IMG/VR virus record: IMGVR_UViG_3300010367_000050
Coordinates: 16,509 to 80,508 of that record
Source of the DNA: a virus
Length of the DNA: 64,000 nucleotides
Direction: 5' to 3' (one strand)
Both the position numbers and the translations under genes were made by a program. Under the pieces are notes generated by a model, which saw nothing but the letters and a program-made list of their open reading frames with translations, had not been told where the DNA came from and ran no database searches. This document shows positions 18,988 to 29,085 of this stretch, piece by piece (the first letter of the stretch is position 1; each line of letters opens with the position of its first letter).

Positions 18988-19433
18988 TGAATACCTCCCA
19001 AGCCTGTATAAACTGTGTCGTCCTCAATCTCATCCAGCCGTAGTCTCACACGAGTCTCTTGTATGGACATACCATCAGCGTATGTAAAGATGGGCGGTTA
19101 GTTGTCTACCTCCAGCAAAAGATAACGCTTGCCCACGTATTGAGAACCAATGTTGATGTAGAACGGGTGAGGCGCTCCTGTGTCTGATTGCGCCCGTAGC
19201 CAACTCTTTAGCAGAGCTACCTTGGAGTCTGTATCAGGTCCCAACAAGAAAATCTCAAGCTGTAACTCGCTGTCACCGCATCCTACCCACAAGTGATTGG
19301 ATAACCTGCGGCCAATTACATCGCGCTTGGCAAAGTTTGTGCGTTGCCGCTCCTTTGTAACCGGCTCGAAGTCAAATTCAAACTTTGTAAGGTTGACAAC
19401 ATCAACGATGCTACCCCGCTTTCTGTCACTCAT
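18984..19433 (-). CDS. Tail tube initiator (gpU-like), interrupted by an in-frame TAA at 19098-19100
   Basis: Follows the tape measure gene. The 111 aa ORF continues in frame past TAA as PPIFTYADGMSIQETRVRLRLDEIEDD...IQ to a TGA overlapping the next ATG. Confidence 0.7.
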
Positions 19434-19436
19434 GCT

Positions 19437-21797
19437 CTATCTCCCAGATGCAGTCTCACCCTGCTGATGAGTTGTAACCGCGTTACCCACCGCACGCCCG
19501 TCAAGCTTGACTGTGCTGTTGACTTGGATAGGCCGTCTGCTCATGTCTCGGGTAGCAGTAGCCAGCTGTTGAACATGCTGCTGTGTAATCGCGTGCTGCG
19601 AGTCTTGTCTATTCTGATTAGCTGATTGCGGTCCAATCAGAGCATCAGCGTGTTCACGCGGGAGAGTTCCTTGTGGAGTCAACAGAGTCATCGTCTCTCC
19701 GGCCATTGCTGCCCCAATGCCAGGGATGATCGATAAGGCTGCTCTGACAGCCACGCCCAGAGCTTCAAATTTGGAGATGATCCAGTCAATGGCTTTCTGA
19801 AACGTGTTGCTTATCCAAGATGTGAACTCTCCAAACCAAGACTTGAGCAACCCCCAGTTCTGAATAATGAGGATGGGCAGAGCAAACCACGGAGCTAACA
19901 TCGTGATGGCTGTCTTAGCCGCCGTCCCAAGCCCGGTGAACCATCCAACAATCTCATTGCGGTATCGCAAGAACGCGATAATGCCTACAACTAGCGCAGC
20001 AATAGCGGCAATCACTAATCCAATCGGATTGGCAGTCATAGCCGCGTTCCACGCCCATTGTACGGCTGTGGCAATTCTGGCGGCTGCGGTGAAAGCAATG
20101 GTGACAGCGTTAGCGATTCCTACAGCTACAGCACCGGCTGCGGTAGCCACTCTCCATACAGCAATAGCCGCCGTCCAAGCTATCTGAGCGGCTGTCGCCA
20201 CAATAACTCCAACACGGTAGGCGGCTACAGCAAAGATAAGGGCACCCATTGTGACCCCAAATGCTTTCCAAACGCCGGAGCCCATGCTGGTTCCGAGAAG
20301 TCCCAAAGTTTCAAGCAGACGCATTCCGGCCCATACCAATCCCCACAGAGGCGCGGTGACCCACAGAACTGCTGATGTTAGGTATCCCATCACCTCGATA
20401 GCAATCTGGATACCTTCAACTAAGCCAGTAACAAACTTGTATGCTCTGTAGAAGATCATGAACAACTCTGTAACAATACCGGTCAACCCGTTCTTGGCTA
20501 AGGCATCGGCTGTTGAGCCTGACAATTGACCAATTCCATTCTTCATGGACATCACAAGCTGTACCATAGCTGTGCCTACAAGAATGGTCTTATCCCAGAA
20601 GCTCTTCAGCACGTCACCAATTCCAAGGAAATTGTTCTTGACGGCTACATAGATCAATCCTGCTGCTACCAAGAACCAACCCACGGGTCCGGAGAGCGCG
20701 AGTAGGCTCTGGCCTAGAGCAGCTACCTGTTGCGCTCCCATGACGAACTGAACGAACTTCCATACGCCCAGCAGAATAAGTGTCGCGCCTGCTGCGTTGA
20801 GAACTGCTCCAGTCAAAGCTATCACAGCTATAGCCAACTTAGTAAAACCAGGATGCTGTTGGGCTAGTGTCATAAACCAGATAGCCAGCCGCCCGATGGG
20901 AGCTAGCAGAGCCGTTGCGCCTTTGAGAACCCACGCCAGTCCATCACCTACCGCCTTTGCGAATGGGATTACCACAGATGGGTCGAACACGTCCAGTACA
21001 GCCTGTAGAATCTGCTTGATCTGGGGTTTGATGCGGTCACCGATCTGAGCCCCAAGAATGATCAACTGATCCTGAACGTTGGACCACATACCAGGGATAG
21101 TGCCCATGTACATCTTCATGCCACCGGCAAACTTGGCTTCAATAACCTTGTTGACTGCGGCCAAGAATTTCTCTGGGTCAGCACCCTTGACGGTTCTGTG
21201 AGTCTTGGGGTCAATTGGGCCTCCAGCTTCCTGAATATCCTGGTAGCTAATGCCACGTACCTGCATAAACCGCATGGCCTGTGCGTAGGCTCCGGTGCGG
21301 ACCTTACCAAGGATCATGGCAGCATAGTCAATGGGCATCTGCATCATCGAGGCCCATTCTCCGGCGGTCTGAAGTTCCTTCATGACTCGTTGAGACGTAA
21401 AACCAAACGCCAATAGGTTCTTGGCGCCAGCCATGACCTGTGGAATAGTGAACGGGGTCTTCACAGCGAATGTCGTCAGCTGCTCAAACAGATTGTCGCC
21501 CACAGTCGCGTCCCTAGCCATCAACCTGATCTGATTACGCAATATTTCCAAGTCATTTGACGACTTGAGGGACACCTTACCGATGCCCCCCAAGAACGCC
21601 ATGAGTCCAGTACCAAGGAACATAAGGCTGCTTCCGGCTCCCATCAACTTCCAACCATTGTTGATCTGATTCTGGTTGTTGATGATAGCATTGGTGAGGT
21701 TCTTGGATGAACTCACAATGGCCTGGCTAGGGGCAGAGAACATGTTGCGTAGTTGTACCGTCACTCCCATTCCCAGCATATCTGTCAAAGCCATCAC
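19437..21797 (-). CDS. Tape measure protein
   Basis: 786 aa, Ala/Gly/hydrophobic-rich; FAVKTPF tape-measure domain; ANPIGLVIAAIAAL; follows the tail chaperone. Confidence 0.93.
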   Translation of the reverse strand: MMALTDMLGMGVTVQLRNMFSAPSQAIVSSSKNLTNAIINNQNQINNGWKLMGAGSSLMFLGTGLMAFLGGIGKVSLKSSNDLEILRNQIRLMARDATVGDNLFEQLTTFAVKTPFTIPQVMAGAKNLLAFGFTSQRVMKELQTAGEWASMMQMPIDYAAMILGKVRTGAYAQAMRFMQVRGISYQDIQEAGGPIDPKTHRTVKGADPEKFLAAVNKVIEAKFAGGMKMYMGTIPGMWSNVQDQLIILGAQIGDRIKPQIKQILQAVLDVFDPSVVIPFAKAVGDGLAWVLKGATALLAPIGRLAIWFMTLAQQHPGFTKLAIAVIALTGAVLNAAGATLILLGVWKFVQFVMGAQQVAALGQSLLALSGPVGWFLVAAGLIYVAVKNNFLGIGDVLKSFWDKTILVGTAMVQLVMSMKNGIGQLSGSTADALAKNGLTGIVTELFMIFYRAYKFVTGLVEGIQIAIEVMGYLTSAVLWVTAPLWGLVWAGMRLLETLGLLGTSMGSGVWKAFGVTMGALIFAVAAYRVGVIVATAAQIAWTAAIAVWRVATAAGAVAVGIANAVTIAFTAAARIATAVQWAWNAAMTANPIGLVIAAIAALVVGIIAFLRYRNEIVGWFTGLGTAAKTAITMLAPWFALPILIIQNWGLLKSWFGEFTSWISNTFQKAIDWIISKFEALGVAVRAALSIIPGIGAAMAGETMTLLTPQGTLPREHADALIGPQSANQNRQDSQHAITQQHVQQLATATRDMSRRPIQVNSTVKLDGRAVGNAVTTHQQGETASGR

Positions 21798-21970
21798 TTA
21801 CCTCCGGATGCAACTGATTCCTCGTACTCCAACTGCTTTTTGTGAATGTGTAGCAAGATTGCTCGTTCCGTTACTGTAAGCTCAAGAAAGTCATTCCAAC
21901 CCAACGGGGCTCCACCTTTGGCAAGAAAATACCAATCGGCTAGTAGTCCATGTTGGGGGTTATAAAATTT
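21794..21970 (-). CDS. -1 frameshift extension of the tail chaperone (gpGT-like)
   Basis: Slippery heptamer A AAT TTT at 21970-21964; the -1 frame is open (YNPQHGLLADWYFLAKGGAPLGWNDFLELTVTERAILL...) to TGA at 21794-21796, overlapping the tape measure start. Confidence 0.8.
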   Translation of the reverse strand, partial: KFYNPQHGLLADWYFLAKGGAPLGWNDFLELTVTERAILLHIHKKQLEYEESVASGGK

Positions 21971-22689
21971 GGCTGCTCAATCAGGTTGAACACGACTTCA
22001 GCACCGCAACTTGGGCAAGGCAGTTTCACCGTGGAGTCAAGCTCGCCTTCATTGGCACGGACCTGCTTGCGAAGTTCATTCAAGTACTTCTCTTGCATCT
22101 TGCCGAGTTCCAGCGGAACCCAGGTTTCTTCCACTTTGACATGGACGCTGCGAAGGGACAAGTCAGTTAGGCTGTCCGCATTCTGGCGCATACGCAGGAT
22201 ACGCATCTCATCGTTTCCATCAAGCGGTTTGAACTTCATCTTCATCCCAAGCACGTCAATCTCGATGATCCGGGAATCCCCATTCGGGTAAGGGCGAACT
22301 TGGAACGCTGTGGGGTCGTTGAGATCCACTTCCCAATCATTGCGAACCTTGCACTGTGGGCACTCAGTGGCAAACTCGAATGAGTCCCCAATACTGTGTC
22401 GCCGAATCTGGAACAACAGGGTGGTGCGGTCTCCCGACAGCATGTCGAGAACAAATTGTAACCGCTTGTTGTCATCGGCAGGCAGGGCGTCTTCACCCAC
22501 CGTCTCAGTGCAGTTAGCCAGGAGTTCCTGAATCGCCATACCGTTCATGAGCTTGGAGCGATTCATGAAATTCCGCTGGTCCGCGCCGGTCATCTCCCGC
22601 ACAGTAGCTTTCTTGCCGCTTGGAAGGGTTACGTCAACCGGAGCACGATTGCCGTACAATGCTGCTAAGATTTCGTTCTGTTCTGTCAT
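21940..22689 (-). CDS. Tail assembly chaperone (gpG-like; Zn-binding CxxC pairs)
   Basis: Between tube and tape measure; VTLPSG, CPQC and CPSCG motifs. Confidence 0.75.
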   Translation of the reverse strand: MTEQNEILAALYGNRAPVDVTLPSGKKATVREMTGADQRNFMNRSKLMNGMAIQELLANCTETVGEDALPADDNKRLQFVLDMLSGDRTTLLFQIRRHSIGDSFEFATECPQCKVRNDWEVDLNDPTAFQVRPYPNGDSRIIEIDVLGMKMKFKPLDGNDEMRILRMRQNADSLTDLSLRSVHVKVEETWVPLELGKMQEKYLNELRKQVRANEGELDSTVKLPCPSCGAEVVFNLIEQPNFITPNMDY

Positions 22690-22700
22690 GTATTCCTCGC

Positions 22701-22737
22701 AAAAAGTAAGGGTCAGGATGGTTGTCCTGACCCTTTT
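22701..22737 (-). terminator. Terminator after the tail tube gene
   Basis: AAGGGTCAGGA-N6-TCCTGACCCTT followed by ACTTTTT on the minus strand. Confidence 0.8.
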
Positions 22738-22761
22738 GTAATGTGAGGATTGAAATCAGCA

Positions 22762-23298
22762 CTAGGAAAGAACGACGGTGCTCCCGATGTTCATGCCATT
22801 CGAGCTAACCCCGCCACTGACTTGAACCGAGCCAGACGTGGGAATGTAGCGGTCCACGTTGAACTTCAGCTTGTCGATGGCGTTACCCTCACCAAGCTTG
22901 TCGAGGTCAGCCAGATCGATATCAGCCGGATAAACTCCCCAGAGTTCATGGCGCTCCACAATCGTGACACCATCAGCAGAGTACTCCACGATTGAGATGT
23001 TCTTCTTGTAAATCTCCGGAGTTGCCATGGCGCCGGATTGAAGATTGACGATGAGAGCAAGCCAATCCTTCCACCAGACAGCTGCTGACTCCGAGGGTTT
23101 GAGGGTTTCCATCTCAAGCTGCCCGAAGTTGACGCGGGAAGCTGTGTTGACGGTGAAGGGGCCATCGCCATGCTTGGCGGAGGCGACTTCAAACTTGGGA
23201 AGCTTGACCTTCTGCGCATAAGCAGTATCAAGTCCTTCCACTTCCACCGCAAAGCGGTAGACTTTGCGCGGATTGATTTGACGTCCAATTGCTGCCAT
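22762..23298 (-). CDS. Tail tube protein (T4 gp19-like)
   Basis: YRFAVEVEG...WWKDW...YKKNISI...LWGVYP...LDK; follows the sheath gene. Confidence 0.9.
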   Translation of the reverse strand: MAAIGRQINPRKVYRFAVEVEGLDTAYAQKVKLPKFEVASAKHGDGPFTVNTASRVNFGQLEMETLKPSESAAVWWKDWLALIVNLQSGAMATPEIYKKNISIVEYSADGVTIVERHELWGVYPADIDLADLDKLGEGNAIDKLKFNVDRYIPTSGSVQVSGGVSSNGMNIGSTVVLS

Positions 23299-23325
23299 TT
23301 TACAGTATCTCCTTAGTGGACTTGT

Positions 23326-24813
23326 TTACTGCTCGCTCACAGAAGCCTGGAACAGGCTCTGAAGGTTGTTGACCTGGATGGTGAACAGAATATTGCGGAT
23401 GTAGCCGATGGGGGTGAACGCGATGAGCGTCTTGTAGGTTCCCACGGCCAGATCATCAGGCTGGTTGTACTGGGCGTCAGTCACAACCGAAGCTTCCTGA
23501 TCACCAATATAGCTCCATCCCGAATAGATGGCGCGGTTGGCTTCGTAGTTCTGAAGGATTGGAAGTGCCTTCAGGTACGCTTTCCGCCAGCTGACCGGGT
23601 CCATCGGGTCAAACAGGATGCTCTTGAACAGTGGAGTCAGCTTGCGGTTCATGTCCACCAACAGGCGACGGACATGAATTTGATTGAAGGCTGATCCATT
23701 GGTGTCCTTCAGGAAAGTGTCAGCACCCCAGACACACGCTCCAAAGTCAGGGTCATTGCCGACAATGTTGATACCCAGAGTGGAAAGGTTATCAGCATCG
23801 TCAACGTTGGCCGGAGAAAGCAGGTTGTTTGCAAAGCTCTTGATGTTGGGAATCACCCCACGAGTTCCGCCTGCCGGCGCACGGTAGATGTTGCCAGACA
23901 GAGTATCGCTGTAGGACCACACTGCTGCGACATCCAGCAGGCAAGGGCCAGCTACGTCTGCTTGATCTTCCACGCTGAACGCCGTTGTTAGCGAACTGCG
24001 GTATCCAGCAAGGTAGCTGGAGTTGAAGTTGAGTCCGGCAGCAAAGGTGGTAGCCTGGGCTGCGGACGAAGCCGGGTCAACCTCGAACAAGCCGATCACG
24101 TCACCACGACCCTCAGCGTAAGCCTTCAGGTTCTGAATGTGGGTTGAGGTGTAGATGCCCATGGCAAACACCGAGGTCAAGCCGACAACGTCATCGAACT
24201 TGGTTAGCAAGTTGTTGATGGCAGTTGCCTTCGCGGTGTCATCAGCAAATGCTCCATCGGTTCCGGTTGCGAGATACACCGGGACGCCGGCAGTGGCAGG
24301 GGGCTCCGTATAGCCAGCTGTGGTGGTGATTACGATGCGCTGAGATTTGGCGTTCACCGTGGCAATAAGGTTATCTAAGCTGGTGCCCGTGAAGGTCTCC
24401 TCCAGCGAAGGGTTGGTGGGATACCGGACAATCAGCTTGTTCACGCCGCTGGCAACCGGGAAGTATTCAATCCCCAGCTTGGCGTTGGCCCAGCTTCCCA
24501 AATCCTTGGCAGTCACAGTGACCTTGGGGCCAACCCAGGTGTACAATGCCGCTGTTGCGCCGGTGGCGATGAGGCGAACGATGTAAAGTGTCGTACCGCG
24601 TACAAGTGCACGGCGAATCTGAGGATAGAATGGGGATTGAGTCCCATTCGCACCGAATAGTCGCTTGAACTGATCGACCGTGCTGACCTTATATGCCTTG
24701 TCAGCCTGGCCAAACAGAGTGGGGACGACGACACCATGGATTCCTGACAGGGACACTGCCGGAACCAGGGAGTTGTCTATCGTCAAAGATGATGTTTTCG
24801 GAAGTCCTGCCAT
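23326..24813 (-). CDS. Contractile tail sheath protein
   Basis: QFKRLFG, AKDLGSWAN, RAPAGGTRG, LGIN, VWGADT, IHVRRL, FDPMD. Confidence 0.93.
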   Translation of the reverse strand: MAGLPKTSSLTIDNSLVPAVSLSGIHGVVVPTLFGQADKAYKVSTVDQFKRLFGANGTQSPFYPQIRRALVRGTTLYIVRLIATGATAALYTWVGPKVTVTAKDLGSWANAKLGIEYFPVASGVNKLIVRYPTNPSLEETFTGTSLDNLIATVNAKSQRIVITTTAGYTEPPATAGVPVYLATGTDGAFADDTAKATAINNLLTKFDDVVGLTSVFAMGIYTSTHIQNLKAYAEGRGDVIGLFEVDPASSAAQATTFAAGLNFNSSYLAGYRSSLTTAFSVEDQADVAGPCLLDVAAVWSYSDTLSGNIYRAPAGGTRGVIPNIKSFANNLLSPANVDDADNLSTLGINIVGNDPDFGACVWGADTFLKDTNGSAFNQIHVRRLLVDMNRKLTPLFKSILFDPMDPVSWRKAYLKALPILQNYEANRAIYSGWSYIGDQEASVVTDAQYNQPDDLAVGTYKTLIAFTPIGYIRNILFTIQVNNLQSLFQASVSEQ

Positions 24814-24864
24814 GTTCCACTTCTCCTCTCACAGATATTGCTTCGTGGATTGTTAGAGTTGGCC

Positions 24865-25476
24865 TCAAGATTGAGGAGTGTATTCAAAATCAACGTTGAT
24901 TGTCTTGATCGCCGGAACAGTTTCGGTGGCTGTCGGAAAGTCAAAGACCTCAAAGCGGATATTGAAAATTCTGGAGTAAAACTCCTGATCGGGCTGGTCT
25001 CGGTTGATGTAGCCTGCGTAGTTGTAATTTACAAAGCTGCTTGTGAACCCTCCGACAGCATCTCCATTTCCGTCAGTGATAGTGGAATCCCACACGTGCA
25101 TAATTCCCCTGGGGGGGAACGTGTCGTGTACAATTTGTTGAAATTGGCGCATCCAGGTTACAGAATCCGTCTGAATCTCGATCTGATAAATGCGGTCATA
25201 CGCCTTGGGCCAGTCTGACCTCACGTAGCTATCAACCTTGTTGTTCACTACAACAGGATCAAGAAACTGAGCTTTGGTACCGCCGCCATTGCCCGGATTG
25301 AATACATCAGTCACCTGCATAACGCTGAATACCGCGTGCTGGTTCTTCAAGTCGGCTTTGGTCACCATGCTGTTCAGAACTGGCTTATCGATGTTCTTGG
25401 CAGCGAGAGCTTGCTTCAACTTCTGTTGAATACTCCGTTCGATCTCTGTGTAGCAGTCCAGTAGTTCAGGCATCAT
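24865..25476 (-). CDS. Tail terminator/completion protein (putative)
   Basis: Upstream of the sheath; YDRIYQIEI...FYSRIFNIRF pattern. Confidence 0.65.
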   Translation of the reverse strand: MMPELLDCYTEIERSIQQKLKQALAAKNIDKPVLNSMVTKADLKNQHAVFSVMQVTDVFNPGNGGGTKAQFLDPVVVNNKVDSYVRSDWPKAYDRIYQIEIQTDSVTWMRQFQQIVHDTFPPRGIMHVWDSTITDGNGDAVGGFTSSFVNYNYAGYINRDQPDQEFYSRIFNIRFEVFDFPTATETVPAIKTINVDFEYTPQS

Positions 25477-26018
25477 CTTTCTCCTAAAGGCTTTCCAGTA
25501 GCCATCGCTTTGATATCCTGCGTGGCCCAGTACACAGCTGTCCCAATTCGGCTTTGGTTCACGCGCTTGTTATGCTCGTTCAGAGGTCTCCAGAGGGGTC
25601 TCGGAGGAATCTTGACATTGAACTCCTCCCAGCCATACTCCAACAGTTCAGCAATGTTGTACAAGGGAATGTCGTTCTTGTTCATGGGACCCTCAGTACG
25701 CATCAAACCGACAGTACCAGTGATTACAGACCCTTCGTCTGCTACTTGGTTGGTTATGGCCTGTAAATACGTGGAGGTCATTATGTAAATCTGCTCAGAG
25801 TAACCCTTGTGTTTTTTCCACTCTACATACCATTCCTGGAGAGCAGTCCAGCTGGTTCCGTCAGCGGCAACCTGATTCTGGATGGATAGGACAGCATCGC
25901 GCTCCATAGCCTGTACGATCTGCTGTACGGCTCTGATCAAACGTGCTTTGATCTTTGGCTCCAGTTGCTGGAGTAATGGGAGATTGTTATTGTCAATGGT
26001 GAGTTCAACTGTGTACAC
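25473..26018 (-). CDS. Neck/virion morphogenesis protein (Mu gpG/HK97 gp10-like)
   Basis: WTAL, LEYG...IPPRPLWRP. Confidence 0.8.
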   Translation of the reverse strand: MYTVELTIDNNNLPLLQQLEPKIKARLIRAVQQIVQAMERDAVLSIQNQVAADGTSWTALQEWYVEWKKHKGYSEQIYIMTSTYLQAITNQVADEGSVITGTVGLMRTEGPMNKNDIPLYNIAELLEYGWEEFNVKIPPRPLWRPLNEHNKRVNQSRIGTAVYWATQDIKAMATGKPLGER

Positions 26019-26019
26019 C

Positions 26020-26457
26020 TTACTCCACCCATTCCAATTCCACTTCCCACAAGAGCGTGCCTAGATCGCTGAACTGCGCAGAGGGTGTTGCCATCCTGAT
26101 CTCGTACTCTTTGCCAGCGTATGGGCCATCCGAGAAGAGGATGCAGTCAGCTTCGCTGTCAATGACAATGTTTTGCGCGTCCAGGTCGGCTTTCCAGAAG
26201 TACAGGCGCCAAGTTTCCTGGCCTCGCTGACCCATATCTGATTTTGCTACGTTCTTGTACCTACCCGATTCACCAACGCTATACTCGAAAAGCGCGACGA
26301 GAGGTTTATCAGAGGTAGTTGAGACAGGATGTTCGCCATACGTATCGACTCCGGTAACCCGCTTTCGCAGGACGACGTTCTGCTTGAAGAACGTATCTCT
26401 GACGTCCTTGAGGGCACTAAACACAGTTTGGAGGTCATCTGTAGACAAGAGGTCCAT
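26020..26457 (-). CDS. Head closure protein (putative)
   Basis: Size, position and VVLRK...DTYGE...EYEI pattern. Confidence 0.65.
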   Translation of the reverse strand: MDLLSTDDLQTVFSALKDVRDTFFKQNVVLRKRVTGVDTYGEHPVSTTSDKPLVALFEYSVGESGRYKNVAKSDMGQRGQETWRLYFWKADLDAQNIVIDSEADCILFSDGPYAGKEYEIRMATPSAQFSDLGTLLWEVELEWVE

Positions 26458-26458
26458 G

Positions 26459-26947
26459 TTAGCAATCCTTTATGAAGTAGGCACCGGCCTGTACAATGTA
26501 ACCTTCTGACGGCCAGCAGTCTCCAGAGACAATCGACTGTAGGTACGCTGGCGGAATGGGCTCCTGCTGGAAGAACACGTTCTCAGCAGCTTCGTACATC
26601 ACAAGTTCTTCAGTCCACAGAGGCAACAGAACCTTGTACAGGGAAGACACATTCTGGAATTCTACTTGGGCGGGTCCAGCGCCAGCCTTAGCCAGGACGC
26701 GGCCGGAAAACAGCTTGTTCACTACACCAATCACACTGATGGCGGCACGGAGAGCAATCATAACCTTCTGACGTTCATCAAGACGTGTCTCGTCAAGAGT
26801 GATGGGAGGAACGTCTTCTGGAAACAGGTATGTCCAGTAAAGAGCCATGGCCCCGTTCAACGCCGCTGCTATGTTGTACGAAGGCATCAACGTAGCAACA
26901 TCAGGGATGTATGTCTGAAAGTAATCCTGAAGCGTGAACTGGGCCAT
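26459..26947 (-). CDS. Head-tail adaptor (putative)
   Basis: Position after the capsid module; KAGAGPAQVEF beta-hairpin. Confidence 0.6.
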   Translation of the reverse strand: MAQFTLQDYFQTYIPDVATLMPSYNIAAALNGAMALYWTYLFPEDVPPITLDETRLDERQKVMIALRAAISVIGVVNKLFSGRVLAKAGAGPAQVEFQNVSSLYKVLLPLWTEELVMYEAAENVFFQQEPIPPAYLQSIVSGDCWPSEGYIVQAGAYFIKDC

Positions 26948-26970
26948 GGCTTATCTCCGCTGGTTAGGGG

Positions 26971-27450
26971 TTAATTGTCGTCGCCAGATTCTTCTGCCTT
27001 GGCGCTCTTCTTGACCTTCTTGATGGCCTTGCTCTTCTTGGGGCTGTCTTCGTCGTCGTTGAGAGCTTCATCCAGTTCATCCACGTCCTCTTCGTGGTCG
27101 TCGCCAGCCGGAGGGTTGGGGCTCTCATAGAGGTCTTCGGCAGTCTCAACAGGTTCGGTTTCAACGTTCTCACCCTCCTGAACAGCCTTCTCGGATTCAG
27201 CCTCTTCTTTCTTGGCCTTCTTGAGCTCTGCCTTGAGGTCAGCCACGTACTGCTTGGCCTCAGTAAGAGTCATGGGAATCAGACCACCGTTTTGGATCCA
27301 CTGACGCATATGATGGCTGACGGTGCTTTCCACCTTGGCAACCTTTTTGCCAGTGACGTTGATGCCGGTCTGGGTGTCCAGAAAATTGTGCTCGGTGTTG
27401 GCGAGGCGAATCCAGAACGGCGTTTGCAGGTTGTGTGCTTGTTTTGCCAT
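26971..27450 (-). CDS. Hypothetical protein with acidic then basic low-complexity tail
   Basis: 159 aa directly after the capsid gene; GAGAAGGA SD. Confidence 0.75.
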   Translation of the reverse strand: MAKQAHNLQTPFWIRLANTEHNFLDTQTGINVTGKKVAKVESTVSHHMRQWIQNGGLIPMTLTEAKQYVADLKAELKKAKKEEAESEKAVQEGENVETEPVETAEDLYESPNPPAGDDHEEDVDELDEALNDDEDSPKKSKAIKKVKKSAKAEESGDDN

Positions 27451-27474
27451 CTTTTCCTTCTCCTTGATACTAGA

Positions 27475-27503
27475 AAAGCCCAGAGTTGGAGTCTCTGGGC
27501 TTT
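27475..27503 (-). terminator. Terminator after the major capsid gene
   Basis: AAAGCCCAGAG-N7-CTCTGGGCTTT. Confidence 0.8.
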
Positions 27504-27524
27504 CCTGTGTTGTGTTCGAGTGGG

Positions 27525-28601
27525 TTAGTACAGAGGCGCCAGGAAGCTGGGGAACGCCGCCGTGCTGGACTTGTCGAGGATAACGCGCGCATCACGGAAC
27601 ACGTTCATGAATCCCGTGGTGGTGGACACGTATGTGGAGTTGATCTGGCGCTGAACAATGCGGTCGGACTCCACGGTGAGCGGAACAGCGGTCAGCTGAA
27701 CGGCGGCCAGGGTGGGGTCAACCATGAGCAGTTGGTTGGCGGGGATGGTGTTATGGGTGTAGGCGTCGATGTCACGCGGAACCGGGGTCTTGGTGTTCAG
27801 GCCCAGTTCGGAGTTGCCCACCTTGGCGGTCTTGCGGAACTCATCCATGTTCAACATGTAGTTGATCATGTCCTCGTTGCCGATAACCTTGGTCCACTTG
27901 CGGTTGCGGAGCGAACCACGTACGAACACCTTGATCAGGTCAGCATAGGTCATCGTGCCGTTGACGGCCACGCCGACTGTGCCCGAAGACTCGGAACCGT
28001 CAGCCTGATCGCCGTTGATGAGAACGCTGATCAGATCGCGGGTCAGGCGCGAACCCAGCTTGATGCCCACATCCTGGAGGAAGATGGATAGCATGGAGAC
28101 GCTGGTGTAACGGATGGCTTCGTCAACCAGTTCCAGGCCGATGCCGCGCTTGCCAATGTGTACGGTCTTCTGACCGTACTTCAGCGAACCCAGTTCCATG
28201 GACTCGCCGGCACCGAGGTCTTTGGGCTCGTTGTTGAGGCCAGTGGTGTCCCAGAACGGGGCAACCTGCGTGGGCTGCGCCACGGTCTCTTCACGGATGA
28301 TGAAGTCACGATAAATGGGGCTGTTGATGAAGCCCTTGCGAATGGCGTCACGGAAAATCTCCGGCACCAGCCAGCGTACGGCCTCGTCTTGGCGGTCCAG
28401 AATCTGGGTGACGGTCACGTTGGTAGGATCAATGGCCAGTTCCTCGTACAGTTTTTCAACTGTATAGGGCGTGGTATTGTCGCAGTCCATCGTGTAGTTG
28501 TCCTTCAGGTGCTGGGACAAAGTAACGTCAAAACCCTTCTGACGCTTCGCCTCCATCTCCTTGTGGAGTTTCTTGGGTGAAAGCTGTTCCTTCCGTTCCA
28601 T
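27525..28601 (-). CDS. Major capsid protein (HK97 fold)
   Basis: Start at MERKEQ (AAGGAG SD); WLVPEIFRDAI, GE...KRGIGLELVDEAI; strong codon bias. Confidence 0.88.
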   Translation of the reverse strand: MERKEQLSPKKLHKEMEAKRQKGFDVTLSQHLKDNYTMDCDNTTPYTVEKLYEELAIDPTNVTVTQILDRQDEAVRWLVPEIFRDAIRKGFINSPIYRDFIIREETVAQPTQVAPFWDTTGLNNEPKDLGAGESMELGSLKYGQKTVHIGKRGIGLELVDEAIRYTSVSMLSIFLQDVGIKLGSRLTRDLISVLINGDQADGSESSGTVGVAVNGTMTYADLIKVFVRGSLRNRKWTKVIGNEDMINYMLNMDEFRKTAKVGNSELGLNTKTPVPRDIDAYTHNTIPANQLLMVDPTLAAVQLTAVPLTVESDRIVQRQINSTYVSTTTGFMNVFRDARVILDKSSTAAFPSFLAPLY

Positions 28602-28653
28602 GTTTGCTTGTCTCCTTGAATGAGGTTGAAGTTGCGTTGAGGGTGGGAAGGAA

Positions 28654-29034
28654 CTAGCCCCTGGGGACCACTGAGATGGTTGCGCCGGTGGCTCCACCGT
28701 TGAGAGCGATGCCGAAAGCAAGTGGAATATCCGTGGCGACTGTTGCCGGAGCCGCCGGAATCACTGTGTTTGCGGCAGACATCTTGACATTGTTGCCGGC
28801 AACGACAGCGGTTGCTCCAACCGTGACCTCGAAAATCTGAGCAGCAAAGAGTTCAACAACCACAGTGCCCTTGTACTTGTCGATGGTGATGACGCGGCCA
28901 ATGGCCCGGCCAGTCGTTGCGGTGGTAACCGTGAGGTCGCCGCTGATCTGGACCAGGTCATTCACCGCAGCCGTTGAGATGCTGGCGTGGGTGAAGCTCT
29001 GGGCTACAATCCCCTGACGCTGAAACTTGTTCAT
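28654..29034 (-). CDS. Capsid decoration/cement protein
   Basis: 126 aa Ala/Val/Gly/Thr-rich, between protease and capsid; FGIALNGGATGATISV. Confidence 0.75.
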   Translation of the reverse strand: MNKFQRQGIVAQSFTHASISTAAVNDLVQISGDLTVTTATTGRAIGRVITIDKYKGTVVVELFAAQIFEVTVGATAVVAGNNVKMSAANTVIPAAPATVATDIPLAFGIALNGGATGATISVVPRG

Positions 29035-29085
29035 GTCTTTGTCTCCTGTTTCAAAGCTGGTTGAGTGTTGTTCGTTCAGTGAATA

